Origin: Enterobacteria phage IME10
Direction: 5' to 3' (one strand)
DNA: 39,646 bases
Sequence record: NC_019501.1
This document shows positions 7,831 to 17,679 of this stretch, one piece after another; the stretch's first letter is position 1, and every line of letters starts with the position of its first letter. A model generated the notes under the pieces. That model did not search any database, was not told the origin of the DNA, and worked only from the letters and a program-made list of their open reading frames with translations. A program made the translations under genes and the position numbers.

Positions 7831-8477
7831 GGAAGGTTTGCTAGTTTTGCATCGACAACTACGCCGATGATTTTGCAGTTTCCGTTGATCTCGATCATCG
7901 GATATTGTGGGTTAAGTGGTTTTAGAAACTTCCTGCCTGCATCAATAACTAACTTCTTGAAAGTTGCCTCGTTTTCTCCTTCGAGCTTTGCAACTACCAG
8001 TTTCCCGTTACGCGGCTCTACTTCAGGATCGACGAGTATTATCATTCCTTCAGGGATACTGAGACCGGCCGGAGCCGTCATTGAGTCTCCCTTCACGTCC
8101 AACCAAAACGAATCTTCTGAACAGTCTACGGTTGTATCGTACCAGTTATCTATTGCACGCTTATGATATGGTTCTACAGCTTCCATCCAGCATCCTGCGC
8201 TCACCCAGCTAATCAGAGGGTATGACCCTCTTGGATCATGCCTACTGTGATAGGCAATGTTTGAAAGACTTTCCTCTCCTTTCATCAGATAGTCAGGGGA
8301 ACACTTCAACGCATTAGCCAGGGCGAGAAGATTCTCTCCATTTGGCTCTGTCTCAGAGCGTTCCCACTGAGATATGGCAACATTAGACACGCCGACCATC
8401 TTTCCAAGTGCGGCCTGCCTGATCTTGAGTTCTTTTCTCCGAGCGCGAATGCGCTCTCCCATCAATTGAGTTTTCAT
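7827..8477 (-). CDS. c2: Prophage repressor C2 (P22-type, LexA-like autocleavable)
   Basis: 216 aa, near-identical over its length to P22 C2 as remembered (MKTQLMGERIRARRK...GVVVDAKLANLP): N-terminal HTH and C-terminal S24 peptidase-like domain. Confidence 0.95.
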   Translation of the reverse strand: MKTQLMGERIRARRKELKIRQAALGKMVGVSNVAISQWERSETEPNGENLLALANALKCSPDYLMKGEESLSNIAYHSRHDPRGSYPLISWVSAGCWMEAVEPYHKRAIDNWYDTTVDCSEDSFWLDVKGDSMTAPAGLSIPEGMIILVDPEVEPRNGKLVVAKLEGENEATFKKLVIDAGRKFLKPLNPQYPMIEINGNCKIIGVVVDAKLANLP

Positions 8478-8548
8478 AGTTAAGACATCTTAAATAAACT
8501 TGACTTAAGATTCCTTTAGTGGATAATTTAAGTGTTCTTTAATTTCGG
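8478..8548. promoter_or_regulatory. OR operators with pR (and divergent pRM)
   Basis: pR has TTGACT (8500-8505), a 16-nt spacer and GATAAT (8522-8527), then GGAG and the cro ATG. Operator-like palindromes TTAAGACATCTTAA (8480-8493) and ATTTAAGTGTTCTTTAAT (about 8526-8543). Confidence 0.65.
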
Positions 8549-8557
8549 AGCGAGTCT

Positions 8558-8743
8558 ATGTACAAGAAAGATGTTATCGACCACTTCGGAACCCAGCGTG
8601 CTGTAGCTAAAGCGTTAGGCATTAGCGACGCAGCAGTCTCTCAGTGGAAGGAAGTCATCCCAGAGAAAGACGCCTATCGACTGGAAGTCGTTACAGCTGG
8701 CGCCCTGAAGTATCAAGAAAGCGCTTACCGCAAAGCGGCATAA
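8558..8743 (+). CDS. cro: Cro repressor (P22-type)
   Basis: 61 aa, MYKKDVIDHFGTQRAVAKALGISDAAVSQWKE..., matching P22 Cro as remembered. Confidence 0.95.
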   Translation: MYKKDVIDHFGTQRAVAKALGISDAAVSQWKEVIPEKDAYRLEVVTAGALKYQESAYRKAA

Positions 8744-8750
8744 GCAAATT

Positions 8751-8793
8751 GCTCTTTAACAGTCATGGTCCTCATTCCCGCCGAAATGCGGGA
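8751..8793 (+). promoter_or_regulatory. nutR (boxA GCTCTTTAAC plus boxB TCCCGCCGAAATGCGGGA)
   Basis: Same boxA and boxB as nutL, in the pR transcript between cro and cII. Confidence 0.65.
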
Positions 8794-8851
8794 ATACAAC
8801 GCGCATAAGTTGATGCGCATAACTTCTTATTTGTTAAGGAAATACTTACAT

Positions 8852-9130
8852 ATGGAACTTACAAGTACTCGCAAGAAAGCGAATGCAATTACAAGCAACA
8901 TCCTGAATCGAATTGCTGTACGTGGCCAGCGAAAGGTTGCCGACGCATTAGGGATCAATGAATCGCAAATTTCGCGATGGAAAGACAGCTTTATCCCAAA
9001 GATGGCCATGCTTCTGGCTGTTCTTGAATGGGGTGTTGAAGACGAGGAGTTGGCTGAACTGGCTAAGAAAGTAGCCAGAATGCTGGCAAAAGAAAAAGCC
9101 CCGAAGAACGGCGAATTCTTCGAGGCCTGA
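8852..9130 (+). CDS. cII: cII-type transcriptional activator (P22 c1 homologue)
   Basis: Track ORF 8765..9130 trimmed to the ATG at 8852 (AAGGA ribosome-binding site), because the longer reading would span nutR. ...GQRKVADALGINESQISRWK...MLLAVLEWGV resembles cII/C1. Confidence 0.85.
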   Translation: MELTSTRKKANAITSNILNRIAVRGQRKVADALGINESQISRWKDSFIPKMAMLLAVLEWGVEDEELAELAKKVARMLAKEKAPKNGEFFEA

Positions 9131-9164
9131 TGTAGAAAGACTGGATCAATCCACAGGAGTAATT

Positions 9165-9326
9165 ATGACAAAACGTCGTAAGAAATACCAGGAAAAAGAA
9201 GAGATTCGACACCCTGATTCACCTGAGGGATTAGTGGTAGCCGCAGCAAATAACAGGGCGTTCGCAGAGCGCCTTGTTGGTGTTTACAGACTAGCCAAAG
9301 CAGGAGTGAAACATGGGCGTCGTTAA
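9165..9326 (+). CDS. Small basic hypothetical ORF (53 aa) between cII and the replication gene
   Basis: Hand-translated MTKRRKKYQEKEEIRHPDSPEG...; AGGAG ribosome-binding site 5 nt upstream. Not in the track (under 60 aa). Confidence 0.35.
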   Translation: MTKRRKKYQEKEEIRHPDSPEGLVVAAANNRAFAERLVGVYRLAKAGVKHGRR

Positions 9327-9375
9327 GTTAGCTGATTACAGGCATAACCCTGTACAACATCAGGAGGCATCCAGT

Positions 9376-10203
9376 ATGGGGTATGTCTCTATACACCGCC
9401 AGTTTATGGACAGCAGGCTCTATAAGGACTCTCAGGCAGTACATCTTTGGCTTCACTTAATCCTCAAGGCTAATCACGAATCTACTGTCGTCAATACGGA
9501 TATCGGGCCGATAACTGTTGATCGCGGTCAGATGATAACTGGACGCCCGTCGCTGGTCAGAGAAACATTCATCCCCGACAACAAAGTTCGGAGCTTATTG
9601 CGGACTTTTGAGTCGAAAGGGATGCTTAATATTTGCTCGATGGGGAAGAAATTTAGCCTGTTTACAATCGTTAAATATGACGATTTTCAGGCAAAAAATT
9701 GTCCAACGGTTGTCCAACGGTTGTCCAACGCAAACACCAGTAATGGCGCGGCTCTCAGCGGAGATTGTCCAACGGTTGTCCAACGGTTGTCCATAAACAA
9801 TAATATAAATAATATCTCTAATACTGACGTATTAGAGAGTGCCACAGCAGACAAAAAGTCTGACAAGAAAAAACCTTCCGTTAGCTGTCAGGATGTTGTC
9901 GATGCTTACCACGAAATCCTTCCTGAAGCGCCAAAAATCCGCGCACTGAATGACAAGCGTAAAAACCAGATCCGAACGTTCTGGCGCAAAGCCGGAGTGA
10001 TAACCCGCCAGCTTGACGGGCATGGGTTCACGATGCAGGACTGGAGAAATTATTTGAGCTACGTAGGCGAAAATTGCCGATGGATGTTCGAAGAGCGTCC
10101 AAACCATCAACGCGGAACCGTCTGGCACAAAAAGGGATTTGATTTCCTGCTTAACGATAATACCTACCTGAAAGTTCGTGAGGGTGAACACGATGACCGA
10201 TAA
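9376..10203 (+). CDS. Replication initiator (O-like origin-binding protein)
   Basis: Track ORF 9313..10203 trimmed to the ATG at 9376 (AGGAGG with an 8-nt spacer). Origin iterons lie inside the coding region, and its stop overlaps the helicase start. Confidence 0.8.
   Translation: MGYVSIHRQFMDSRLYKDSQAVHLWLHLILKANHESTVVNTDIGPITVDRGQMITGRPSLVRETFIPDNKVRSLLRTFESKGMLNICSMGKKFSLFTIVKYDDFQAKNCPTVVQRLSNANTSNGAALSGDCPTVVQRLSINNNINNISNTDVLESATADKKSDKKKPSVSCQDVVDAYHEILPEAPKIRALNDKRKNQIRTFWRKAGVITRQLDGHGFTMQDWRNYLSYVGENCRWMFEERPNHQRGTVWHKKGFDFLLNDNTYLKVREGEHDDR
9699..9825. repeat. Replication origin: two sets of three TTGTCCAACGG iterons plus an AT-rich tract
   Basis: TTGTCCAACGG x3 at 9699-9731 and x3 at 9765-9797 (last copy degenerate), followed by AACAATAATATAAATAATATCTC. 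Confidence 0.75.
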
Positions 10204-11629
10204 TTTTTATGCGCCGCCCCATAGCATCGAGGCAGAGCAGGCGGTGATTGGTGGATTGCTTCTGGATGATGACAGCAGTGAGCGCGTCCGGAAAGTTCTG
10301 GCGATGCTGAAGCCTGATTCATTTTACAGCCGACCACACAAAATCCTTTTCGAAGAAATAACCAGAATGCACCGGGAGCAAAAGCCAGTAGATGGGCTGA
10401 CGCTTTTCGATGAACTGGAGCGCAAATCGTTAACGGCGTCTGTTGGCGGTTTTGCTTATATCGCTGAGATCGCAAAGAACACGCCAAGCGCAGCAAACAT
10501 CGTTGCCTATGCAATGCAGGTTCGTGAAACCGCAATGGAACGCTACGCCATCAACCGCATGACTGAAGCGACGGAATTGCTCTATTCCCGCAACGGAATG
10601 ACTGCAACGCAGAAGTACGAAGCTATTCAGGCAATTTTCACGCAACTGACAGACCATGCAAAAACCGGATCGCGTCGCGGCCTTCGCTCATTTGGTGAGG
10701 TCATGGAAGACTGGGTTAGCGACCTTGAGAAGCGTTTTGACCCGTCAGGCGAACAACGAGGAATGAGCACAGGGATCCCATCGCTGGACAGGATGCTGTC
10801 ACCGAAAGGTCTGGTGAAAGGCTCTCTGTTTGTCATTGGCGCTCGCCCTAAGATGGGGAAAACGACGCTATACAGCCAGATGGCAATCAACTGCGCAGTG
10901 CATGAGAAAAAGCCTGCTCTGATGTTCAGCCTTGAAATGCCAGGTGATCAGATACTGGAAAAACTGGTAGGGCAGAAGTCTGGTGTTAACCCGAATATTT
11001 TTTACCTTCCGGCGACAAATGACGCCGATGACGGCTATCAGGGTGATTACGATGGTGACTTCAACAGGGCGATCGAAACAGCAAATCGCTTGAGTGAAAT
11101 CGACCTGCTTTACATCGACGACACGCCGGGATTATCTCTGGCTCAAATCGTCAGCGAAAGCCGTCGAATCAAACGAGAAAAAGGATGCGTTGGCATGATT
11201 CTGGTCGATTACCTGACACTAATGACCGCTGAGAAGGCCGATCGCAACGACCTTGCTTACGGCATGATCACCAAAGGACTGAAGAACCTTGCCAAAGAGC
11301 TTGATTGCGTTGTTGTGCTTCTTACACAACTTAACCGCGCACTGGAAAGCCGAACCAATAAACGCCCATTACCAAGTGACTCACGAGATACAGGGCAGAT
11401 TGAACAGGATTGCGATTATTGGGTGGGGATCCATCGTGAAGGTGCTTTTGATGACAGTGTTCCACCTGGTGAAACCGAACTAATCCTTCGTCTCAATCGT
11501 CATGGCAATACCGGCACGGTGTATTGCATTCAGGCAAATGGAGCTATTTATGACACAGACCAACAGTCTGCTGAAATGCGCCGACGTGAACGCGAGGAAC
11601 CGCAGTCCAAGAAGAAAGGAGGATTCTGA
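10193..11629 (+). CDS. Replicative DNA helicase (DnaB family, P22 gene 12-like)
   Basis: Walker A GARPKMGKTTL and a DnaB-like N-terminal domain (HSIEAEQAVIGGLL). ATG at 10193 overlaps the stop of the O-like gene. Confidence 0.9.
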   Translation: MTDNFYAPPHSIEAEQAVIGGLLLDDDSSERVRKVLAMLKPDSFYSRPHKILFEEITRMHREQKPVDGLTLFDELERKSLTASVGGFAYIAEIAKNTPSAANIVAYAMQVRETAMERYAINRMTEATELLYSRNGMTATQKYEAIQAIFTQLTDHAKTGSRRGLRSFGEVMEDWVSDLEKRFDPSGEQRGMSTGIPSLDRMLSPKGLVKGSLFVIGARPKMGKTTLYSQMAINCAVHEKKPALMFSLEMPGDQILEKLVGQKSGVNPNIFYLPATNDADDGYQGDYDGDFNRAIETANRLSEIDLLYIDDTPGLSLAQIVSESRRIKREKGCVGMILVDYLTLMTAEKADRNDLAYGMITKGLKNLAKELDCVVVLLTQLNRALESRTNKRPLPSDSRDTGQIEQDCDYWVGIHREGAFDDSVPPGETELILRLNRHGNTGTVYCIQANGAIYDTDQQSAEMRRREREEPQSKKKGGF

Positions 11630-11658
11630 TGACCATCTACATCACTGAGCTAATAACA

Positions 11659-11688
11659 GGGGCTATTTACACAGTAGCCCTTTTTTAT
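11659..11688 (+). terminator. Rho-independent terminator after the helicase gene
   Basis: GGGGCTA...TAGCCC hairpin followed by TTTTTTATT. Confidence 0.5.
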
Positions 11689-11713
11689 TGGATTAAGAAC
11701 GAGGGGGATCCTG

Positions 11714-11926
11714 ATGGACACCGTTAACGGAATGTGTTCAGACGCACCGCGTGCCAAAAAATGTAAATGCGGAAAATTACCGACAATATTCGACATGGAG
11801 AACGGGTGCCAAATCTACTGCGCTAACCACGCTGCTGTGGCGGCCGCGAATTATCGCAGTGCGGTAACGGAGTGGAATAACCTGAAATCTGTTAGAGAGG
11901 GAAGTCATGAAAAAACTAACCTTTGA
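11714..11926 (+). CDS. Small Cys-rich hypothetical protein (nin region)
   Basis: Track ORF; GAGGGGGA ribosome-binding site. Reads CKCGK...CQIYC, zinc-ribbon-like. Confidence 0.4.
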   Translation: MDTVNGMCSDAPRAKKCKCGKLPTIFDMENGCQIYCANHAAVAAANYRSAVTEWNNLKSVREGSHEKTNL

Positions 11927-12347
11927 AATTCGATCTCCAGCACATCAGCAAAACGCTATTCACGCGGTACAGCAAATTCTTCCAGACCCAACCAAACCAA
12001 TCGTAGTAACCATTCAGGAACGCAACCGCAGCTTAGACCAAAATCGGAAGCTTTGGGCTTGCCTTGGTGACGTCTCTCGTCAGGTTGAATGGCATGGTCG
12101 CTGGCTGGATGCAGAAAGCTGGAAGTGTGTGTTTACCGCAGCATTAAAGCAGCAGGACGTTGTTCCTAACCTTGCCGGGAATGGCTTTGTGGTAATAGGC
12201 CAGTCAACCAGCAGGATGCGTGTAGGCGAATTTGCGGAGCTATTAGAGCTTATACAGGCATTCGGTACAGAGCGTGGCGTTAAGTGGTCAGACGAAGCGA
12301 GACTGGCTCTGGAGTGGAAAGCGAGATGGGGAGATCGGGCTGCATGA
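11907..12347 (+). CDS. ninB: NinB (Orf-family recombination mediator)
   Basis: 146 aa, matches lambda NinB as remembered (MKKLTFEIRSPAHQQNAIHAVQQILPDP...). Confidence 0.85.
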   Translation: MKKLTFEIRSPAHQQNAIHAVQQILPDPTKPIVVTIQERNRSLDQNRKLWACLGDVSRQVEWHGRWLDAESWKCVFTAALKQQDVVPNLAGNGFVVIGQSTSRMRVGEFAELLELIQAFGTERGVKWSDEARLALEWKARWGDRAA

Positions 12348-12871
12348 CTATCAAATCAAATACGCCAGCACACGACAAGGACTGCTGGCAAACGCCGCTT
12401 TGGCTTTTTGATGCACTGGATATTGAGTTTGGATTCTGGCTGGATTCGGCAGCGAGCGACAAAAATGCTCTGTGTGCTCACTGGCTAACTGAGGCCGACG
12501 ACGCGCTCAATTCTGAGTGGGTAAGCCACGGTGCAATCTGGAATAACCCACCGTACAGCAATATCAGGCCGTGGGTGGAAAAAGCCGCTGAGCAGTGCAT
12601 ACAACAGCGACAGACGGTAGTGATGCTTGTGCCAGAGGATATGTCTGTCGGATGGTTCAGCAAGGCTCTGGAGAGTGTTGACGAAGTTCGCATCATCACT
12701 GATGGACGGATTAATTTTATCGAACCATCGACGGGGTTGGAGAAGAAGGGAAACAGCAAAGGTTCCATACTGCTGATTTGGCGACCGTTCATCAGTCCTC
12801 GACGGATGTTTACTACCGTATCCAAAGCGGCATTGATGGCGATCGGGCAGGGCGTCAGGAGGGCGGAATGA
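12344..12871 (+). CDS. Phage N6-adenine DNA methyltransferase (Dam-like)
   Basis: Track ORF 12284..12871 trimmed to the ATG at 12344, which overlaps the ninB stop. Contains the NPPY catalytic motif (IWNNPPYS) and an N-terminal [15 protein letters not shown] signature. Confidence 0.7.
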   Translation: MTIKSNTPAHDKDCWQTPLWLFDALDIEFGFWLDSAASDKNALCAHWLTEADDALNSEWVSHGAIWNNPPYSNIRPWVEKAAEQCIQQRQTVVMLVPEDMSVGWFSKALESVDEVRIITDGRINFIEPSTGLEKKGNSKGSILLIWRPFISPRRMFTTVSKAALMAIGQGVRRAE

Positions 12872-13044
12872 GGCGACAGCAACGAAGTATCACCGACATA
12901 ATCTGCGAAAACTGCAAATACCTTCCAACGAAACGCTCCAGAAATAAACGCAAGCCAATCCCAAAAGAATCTGACGTAAAAACCTTCAACTACACGGCTC
13001 ACCTGTGGGATATCCGGTGGCTAAGACATCGTGCGAGGAAATGA
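12868..13044 (+). CDS. ninE: NinE
   Basis: ATG at 12868 overlaps the methyltransferase stop. [30 protein letters not shown]... resembles lambda NinE (from memory). Confidence 0.65.
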   Translation: MRRQQRSITDIICENCKYLPTKRSRNKRKPIPKESDVKTFNYTAHLWDIRWLRHRARK

Positions 13045-13406
13045 CAATGGATTATTCACAGTTAAGTGATTTTGAAATTAACGTGGCGGTATTCGAAGTC
13101 ATTCATAACGGATCACCGGATTACAAAGAAGGTGAGAATGGCGATATGGTGTTTATCTCATTTGAGGGAGACGTTGTAAACGGAGACGCAGTTGAAGTAG
13201 AAGTTGAGCGCGGATCATTTAACCCATGCGTAAACCCAGCAGACGCATGGCCGATTGTTGAAAAATACAGGATTAGCATTATCAATCTCGATGAAGACGA
13301 GTGGGGTGCACGCGGTGTGGCCTACTGTAAATCTAAGCGAGCTATACATGAAAATCCCCTCCGCGCCGCCATGATTGTCTTTCTCATGATGCAGAGAATC
13401 CAATAA
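13041..13406 (+). CDS. NinX-like hypothetical protein
   Basis: ATG at 13041 overlaps the ninE stop. Occupies the ninX position between ninE and ninF; family assignment tentative. Confidence 0.4.
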   Translation: MTMDYSQLSDFEINVAVFEVIHNGSPDYKEGENGDMVFISFEGDVVNGDAVEVEVERGSFNPCVNPADAWPIVEKYRISIINLDEDEWGARGVAYCKSKRAIHENPLRAAMIVFLMMQRIQ

Positions 13407-13582
13407 TGCTTAGCCCATCCCAATCCCTTCAATACCAGAAAGAAAGCGTCGAGCGGGCTTTAACGTGCGCTAACTGCGACCAGAAGCTGCATGTGCTGGA
13501 AGTTCACGTGTGTGAGCACTGCTGCGCAGAACTGATGAGCGATCCGAATAGCTCAATGTACGAGGAAGAAGACGATGGCTAA
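13406..13582 (+). CDS. ninF: NinF
   Basis: Hand-translated 58-aa [46 protein letters not shown]..., lambda NinF-like. Not in the track (under 60 aa). Confidence 0.65.
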   Translation: MLSPSQSLQYQKESVERALTCANCDQKLHVLEVHVCEHCCAELMSDPNSSMYEEEDDG

Positions 13583-14186
13583 ACCAGCGCGAAGACGATG
13601 TAAAAACGATGAATGTCGGGAATGGTTTCACCCTGCATTCGCTAATCAGTGGTGGTGCTCTCCAGAGTGTGGAGCCAAGATAGCACTCGAACGACGAAGC
13701 AAAGAACGCGAAAAAGCGGAAAAAGCAGCAGAGAAGAAACGACGACGAGAGGAGCAGAAACAGAAAGATAAACTTAAGATTCGAAAACTCGCCTTAAAGC
13801 CCCGCAGTTACTGGATTAAACAAGCCCAACAAGCCGTAAACGCCTTCATCAGAGAAAGAGACCGCGACTTACCATGTATCTCGTGCGGAACGCTCACGTC
13901 TGCTCAGTGGGATGCCGGACATTACCGGACAACTGCTGCGGCACCTCAACTCCGATTTGATGAACGCAATATTCACAAGCAATGCGTGGTGTGCAACCAG
14001 CACAAAAGCGGAAATCTCGTTCCGTATCGCGTCGAACTGATTAGCCGCATCGGGCAGGAAGCAGTAGACGAAATCGAATCAAACCATAACCGCCATCGCT
14101 GGACTATCGAAGAGTGCAAGGCGATCAAGGCAGAGTACCAACAGAAACTCAAAGACCTGCGAAATAGCAGAAGTGAGGCCGCATGA
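13575..14186 (+). CDS. ninG: NinG / Rap recombination-associated endonuclease
   Basis: 203 aa, Cys-rich N-terminus, matches lambda NinG as remembered. Confidence 0.85.
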   Translation: MAKPARRRCKNDECREWFHPAFANQWWCSPECGAKIALERRSKEREKAEKAAEKKRRREEQKQKDKLKIRKLALKPRSYWIKQAQQAVNAFIRERDRDLPCISCGTLTSAQWDAGHYRTTAAAPQLRFDERNIHKQCVVCNQHKSGNLVPYRVELISRIGQEAVDEIESNHNRHRWTIEECKAIKAEYQQKLKDLRNSRSEAA

Positions 14187-14389
14187 CGTTCTCAGTAAAA
14201 ACCATTCCAGACATGCTCGTTGAAGCATACGGAAACCAGACAGAAGTAGCACGCAGACTGAAATGTAGTCGCGGTACGGTCAGAAAATACGTTGATGATA
14301 AAGACGGGAAAATGCACGCCATCGTCAACGACGTTCTCATGGTTCATCGCGGATGGAGTGAAAGAGATGCGCTATTACGAAAAAATTGA
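14183..14389 (+). CDS. ninH: NinH
   Basis: 68 aa, [37 protein letters not shown]..., HTH-containing, lambda NinH-like. Confidence 0.8.
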   Translation: MTFSVKTIPDMLVEAYGNQTEVARRLKCSRGTVRKYVDDKDGKMHAIVNDVLMVHRGWSERDALLRKN

Positions 14390-15032
14390 TGGCAGCAAAT
14401 ACCGAAATATTTGGGTAGTTGGCGATCTGCACGGATGCTACACGAACCTGATGAAAAAACTGGAGGCGATAGGATTCGACACCAAAAAAGACCTGCTTAT
14501 CTCGGTTGGCGATTTGGTCGATCGCGGTACAGAGAACGTCGAATGTATGGAATTAATCACATTCCCCTGGTTCAGAGCTGTACGTGGAAACCATGAGCAA
14601 ATGATGATTGATGGCTTATCAGAGCGTGGAAACGTTAATCACTGGCTGCTTAATGGCGGTGGCTGGTTCTTTAATCTCGATTACGACAAAGAAATTCTGG
14701 CTAAAGCTCTTGCCCATAAAGCAGATGAACTTCCGTTAATCATCGAACTGGTGAGTAAAGGGAAAAAATATGTCATCTGCCACGCCGATTATCCTTGTGA
14801 CGAATACGAGTTTGGAAAGCCAGTTGATCATCAGCAGGTAATCTGGAACCGCGAACGAATCAGCAACTCACAAGACGGGATCGTGAAAGAAATCAAAGGC
14901 GCGGACACGTTCATCTTTGGTCATACGCCAGCAGTGAAACCACTCAAATTTGCCAACCAGATGTATATCGATACCGGAGCAGTGTTCTGCGGAAACCTCA
15001 CATTGATTCAGGTACAGGGAGAAGGCGCATGA
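14367..15032 (+). CDS. ninI: Ser/Thr protein phosphatase (lambda PPase / NinI)
   Basis: Track ORF trimmed to the ATG at 14367. Metallophosphatase motifs GDLHGC, GDLVDRG and GNHE. Confidence 0.9.
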   Translation: MRYYEKIDGSKYRNIWVVGDLHGCYTNLMKKLEAIGFDTKKDLLISVGDLVDRGTENVECMELITFPWFRAVRGNHEQMMIDGLSERGNVNHWLLNGGGWFFNLDYDKEILAKALAHKADELPLIIELVSKGKKYVICHADYPCDEYEFGKPVDHQQVIWNRERISNSQDGIVKEIKGADTFIFGHTPAVKPLKFANQMYIDTGAVFCGNLTLIQVQGEGA

Positions 15033-15652
15033 GACTCGAAAGCGTAGCTAAATTTCATTCGCCAAAAAGCCCGATGATGAGTGACTCACCACGGGCCACG
15101 GCTTCTGACTCTCTTTCCGGTACTGATGTGATGGCTGCTATGGGGATGGCGCAATCACAAGCCGGATTCGGAATGGCTGCATTCTGTGGTAAGCACGAAC
15201 TCAGCCAGAACGACAAACAAAAGGCTATCAACTATCTGATGCAATTTGCACACAAGGTATCGGGGAAATACCGTGGTGTGGCAAAGCTTGAAGGAAATAC
15301 TAAGGCAAAGGTACTGCAAGTGCTCGCAACATTCGCTTATGCGGATTATTGCCGTAGTGCCGCGACGCCGGGCGCAAGATGCAGAGATTGCCACGGTACA
15401 GGCCGTGCGGTTGATATAGCCAAAACGGAGCAGTGGGGGAGAGTTGTTGAGAAAGAGTGCGGAAGATGCAAAGGTGTCGGCTATTCAAGAATGCCAGCAA
15501 GCGCCGCATATCGCGCTGTAACGATGCTAATCCCAAACCTTACTCAACCCACCTGGTCACGCACTGTTAAGCCACTGTATGACGCTCTGGTGGTGCAATG
15601 CCACAAGGAAGAGTCAATCGCAGACAACATTTTGAATGCGGTCACACGTTAG
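15029..15652 (+). CDS. Q: Late-gene antiterminator Q (lambda type)
   Basis: 207 aa, matches lambda Q as remembered, including the zinc-binding CRDCHGTG...CGRCKG. Confidence 0.95.
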   Translation: MRLESVAKFHSPKSPMMSDSPRATASDSLSGTDVMAAMGMAQSQAGFGMAAFCGKHELSQNDKQKAINYLMQFAHKVSGKYRGVAKLEGNTKAKVLQVLATFAYADYCRSAATPGARCRDCHGTGRAVDIAKTEQWGRVVEKECGRCKGVGYSRMPASAAYRAVTMLIPNLTQPTWSRTVKPLYDALVVQCHKEESIADNILNAVTR

Positions 15653-15694
15653 CAGCATGATTGCCACGGATGGCAACATATTAACGGCATGATA

Positions 15695-15730
15695 TTGACT
15701 TATTGAATAAAGTTGGGTAAATTTGACTCA
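15695..15730 (+). promoter_or_regulatory. Late promoter pR' with the Q-utilisation (qut) region
   Basis: TTGACT (15695-15700), 17-nt spacer, TAAATT (15718-15723), immediately downstream of Q as in lambda. Confidence 0.7.
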
Positions 15731-15922
15731 ACGATGGGTTAATTCGCTCGTTGTGGTAGTGAGATGAAAAGAGGCGGCGCTTACTACCGATTCCGCCTAG
15801 TTGGTCACTTCGACGCATCGTCTGGAACTCCAACCATCGCAGGCTGAGAGGTCAGTAAAATGCAATCCCGAAACAGTTCGCAGGTAATAGTTAGAGCCTG
15901 CATAACGGTTTCGGGATTTTTT
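15730..15922 (+). ncRNA. Short terminated late transcript (6S-like) ending at tR'
   Basis: About 190 nt between the pR' start and a strong terminator: ATCCCGAAAC...GGTTTCGGGAT hairpin plus T6 at about 15864-15922. Confidence 0.5.
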
Positions 15923-16461
15923 ATATCTGCACAACAGGTAAGAGCATTGAGCCGATAATCGTGAAGAGTCGGCGAGCCTGGTTAGCCAGTGCTCTTTCCG
16001 TTGTGGTGAATACGCAGGCTGATGCGTTAATCAGGTGAACGAGACACCCGCCGGTCCGTGATATGGCACACTGTGCCGGTCATATCTGCCGCGGTTAGGT
16101 TTACGAGGATTTCGTAAAGCTGGTCTAGGGTGAAGCCGTGAAAGCGGAGGAAGTAAAACGAGGCGTCGGTACACGCCTATCGTCATTAAGTCGGAGTTCA
16201 GCACCGACCGCCACAACCCAACCTGAGCCGTAGCCACTGGCTGTCCTGAATTCATCAGTGATAGTTATGCTGCGTCCTTCTACACATGACCTTCGTGAAA
16301 GCGGGTGGCAAGAGGCTGCGCTAACAACCTCCTGCCGTTTTGCCCGTGCATATCGGTCACGAACAAATCTGATTACTAAACACAGTAGCCTGGATTTGTT
16401 CTATCAGTAATCGACCTTATTCCTAATTAAATAGAGCAAATCCCCTTATTGGGGGTAAGAC

Positions 16462-16785
16462 ATGAAGATGCCAGAAAAACATGACCTGTTAGCCGCCATT
16501 CTCGCGGCAAAGGAACAAGGCATCGGGGCAATCCTTGCGTTTGCAATGGCGTACCTTCGCGGCAGATATAATGGCGGTGCGTTTACAAAAACAGTAATCG
16601 ACGCAACGATGTGCGCCATTATCGCCTGGTTCATTCGTGACCTTCTCGACTTCGCCGGACTAAGTAGCAATCTCGCTTATATAACGAGCGTGTTCATCGG
16701 CTACATCGGTACTGACTCGATTGGTTCGCTTATCAAACGCTTCGCTGCTAAAAAAGCCGGAGTAGAAGATGGTGGAAATCAATAA
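16462..16785 (+). CDS. S: Holin S (class I, lambda type; dual start MKM)
   Basis: 107 aa matching lambda S as remembered; the Met-Lys-Met dual start gives holin and antiholin. Confidence 0.95.
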   Translation: MKMPEKHDLLAAILAAKEQGIGAILAFAMAYLRGRYNGGAFTKTVIDATMCAIIAWFIRDLLDFAGLSSNLAYITSVFIGYIGTDSIGSLIKRFAAKKAGVEDGGNQ

Positions 16786-17245
16786 TCAACGTAAGGCGTT
16801 CCTCGATATGCTGGCGTGGTCAGAGGGAACTGATAACGGACGACAGAAAACCAGAAATCATGGTTATGACGTCATTGTTGGCGGAGAGCTATTCACTGAT
16901 TACTCCGATCACCCTCGCAAACTTGTCACGCTAAACCCAAAACTCAAATCAACAGCCGCCGGACGTTACCAGCTTCTTTCCCGTTGGTGGGATGCCTATC
17001 GTAAGCAGCTTGGCCTGAAAGACTTCTCTCCCAAAAGCCAGGACGCTGTGGCACTGCAACAGATTAAAGAGCGTGGCGCTTTACCGATGATTGACCGCGG
17101 TGATATTCGTCAGGCAATCGACCGTTGCAGCAATATCTGGGCTTCACTTCCGGGGGCTGGTTATGGCCAGTTCGAGCATAAGGCTGACAGCCTGATTGCA
17201 AAATTCAAAGAAGCAGGCGGAACGGTCAGAGAGATTGATGTATGA
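16769..17245 (+). CDS. R: Endolysin R (lytic transglycosylase, lambda type)
   Basis: 158 aa matching lambda R as remembered ([24 protein letters not shown]...). Confidence 0.95.
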   Translation: MVEINNQRKAFLDMLAWSEGTDNGRQKTRNHGYDVIVGGELFTDYSDHPRKLVTLNPKLKSTAAGRYQLLSRWWDAYRKQLGLKDFSPKSQDAVALQQIKERGALPMIDRGDIRQAIDRCSNIWASLPGAGYGQFEHKADSLIAKFKEAGGTVREIDV

Positions 17246-17679
17246 GCAGAGTCACCGCGATTATCTCCGCTCTGGTTATCTGCATCATCGTCTGCCTGTC
17301 ATGGGCTGTTAATCATTACCGTGATAACGCCATGACCTACAAAGAACAGCGCGACAAAGCCACATCCATCATCGCTGACATGCAGAAGCATCAACGTGAT
17401 GTAGCAGAACTCGACGCAAGATACACAAAGGAGCTTGCTGATGCTAACGCGACTATCGAAAGCCTCCGTGCTGATGTTTCTGCTGGTCGTAAGCGCCTGC
17501 AAGTCGCCGCCACCTGTGCAAAGTCAACGACCGGAGCCAGCGGCATGGGCCATGGAGAAAGCCCAAGACTTACAGCAGATGCTGAACTCAATTATTACCG
17601 TCTCCGAAGTGGAATCGACAGGATAACCGCGCAGGTTAACTACCTGCAGGAGTACATCAGGACGCAATGCCTGAAATAA
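17242..17679 (+). CDS. Rz: Rz inner-membrane spanin
   Basis: N-terminal transmembrane segment plus coiled coil; N-terminus identical to lambda Rz as remembered, C-terminal half divergent. Confidence 0.85.
   Translation: MSRVTAIISALVICIIVCLSWAVNHYRDNAMTYKEQRDKATSIIADMQKHQRDVAELDARYTKELADANATIESLRADVSAGRKRLQVAATCAKSTTGASGMGHGESPRLTADAELNYYRLRSGIDRITAQVNYLQEYIRTQCLK
17435..17626 (+). CDS. Rz1: Rz1 outer-membrane lipoprotein spanin, embedded in Rz in the +1 frame
   Basis: Lipobox LVVSAC followed by a Pro-rich stretch ([13 protein letters not shown]). True start may be an internal Met. Confidence 0.65.
   Translation: MLMLTRLSKASVLMFLLVVSACKSPPPVQSQRPEPAAWAMEKAQDLQQMLNSIITVSEVESTG

Noticed and set aside
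8765-8851. Upstream extension of the cII ORF (start at 8765)
   Set aside because: It would translate through the nutR boxA/boxB; the internal ATG at 8852 has a ribosome-binding site and gives a protein aligning with cII/C1 from its first residue.
9699-9797. Possible CRISPR-like direct repeats
   Set aside because: Only two clusters of an 11-bp repeat lying inside a replication initiator gene with an adjacent AT-rich tract; these are ori iterons.
16031-16255. 74-aa minus-strand ORF in the Q-S leader
   Set aside because: Antisense to the late transcript leader, Pro/Arg-rich with no ribosome-binding site; likely spurious.
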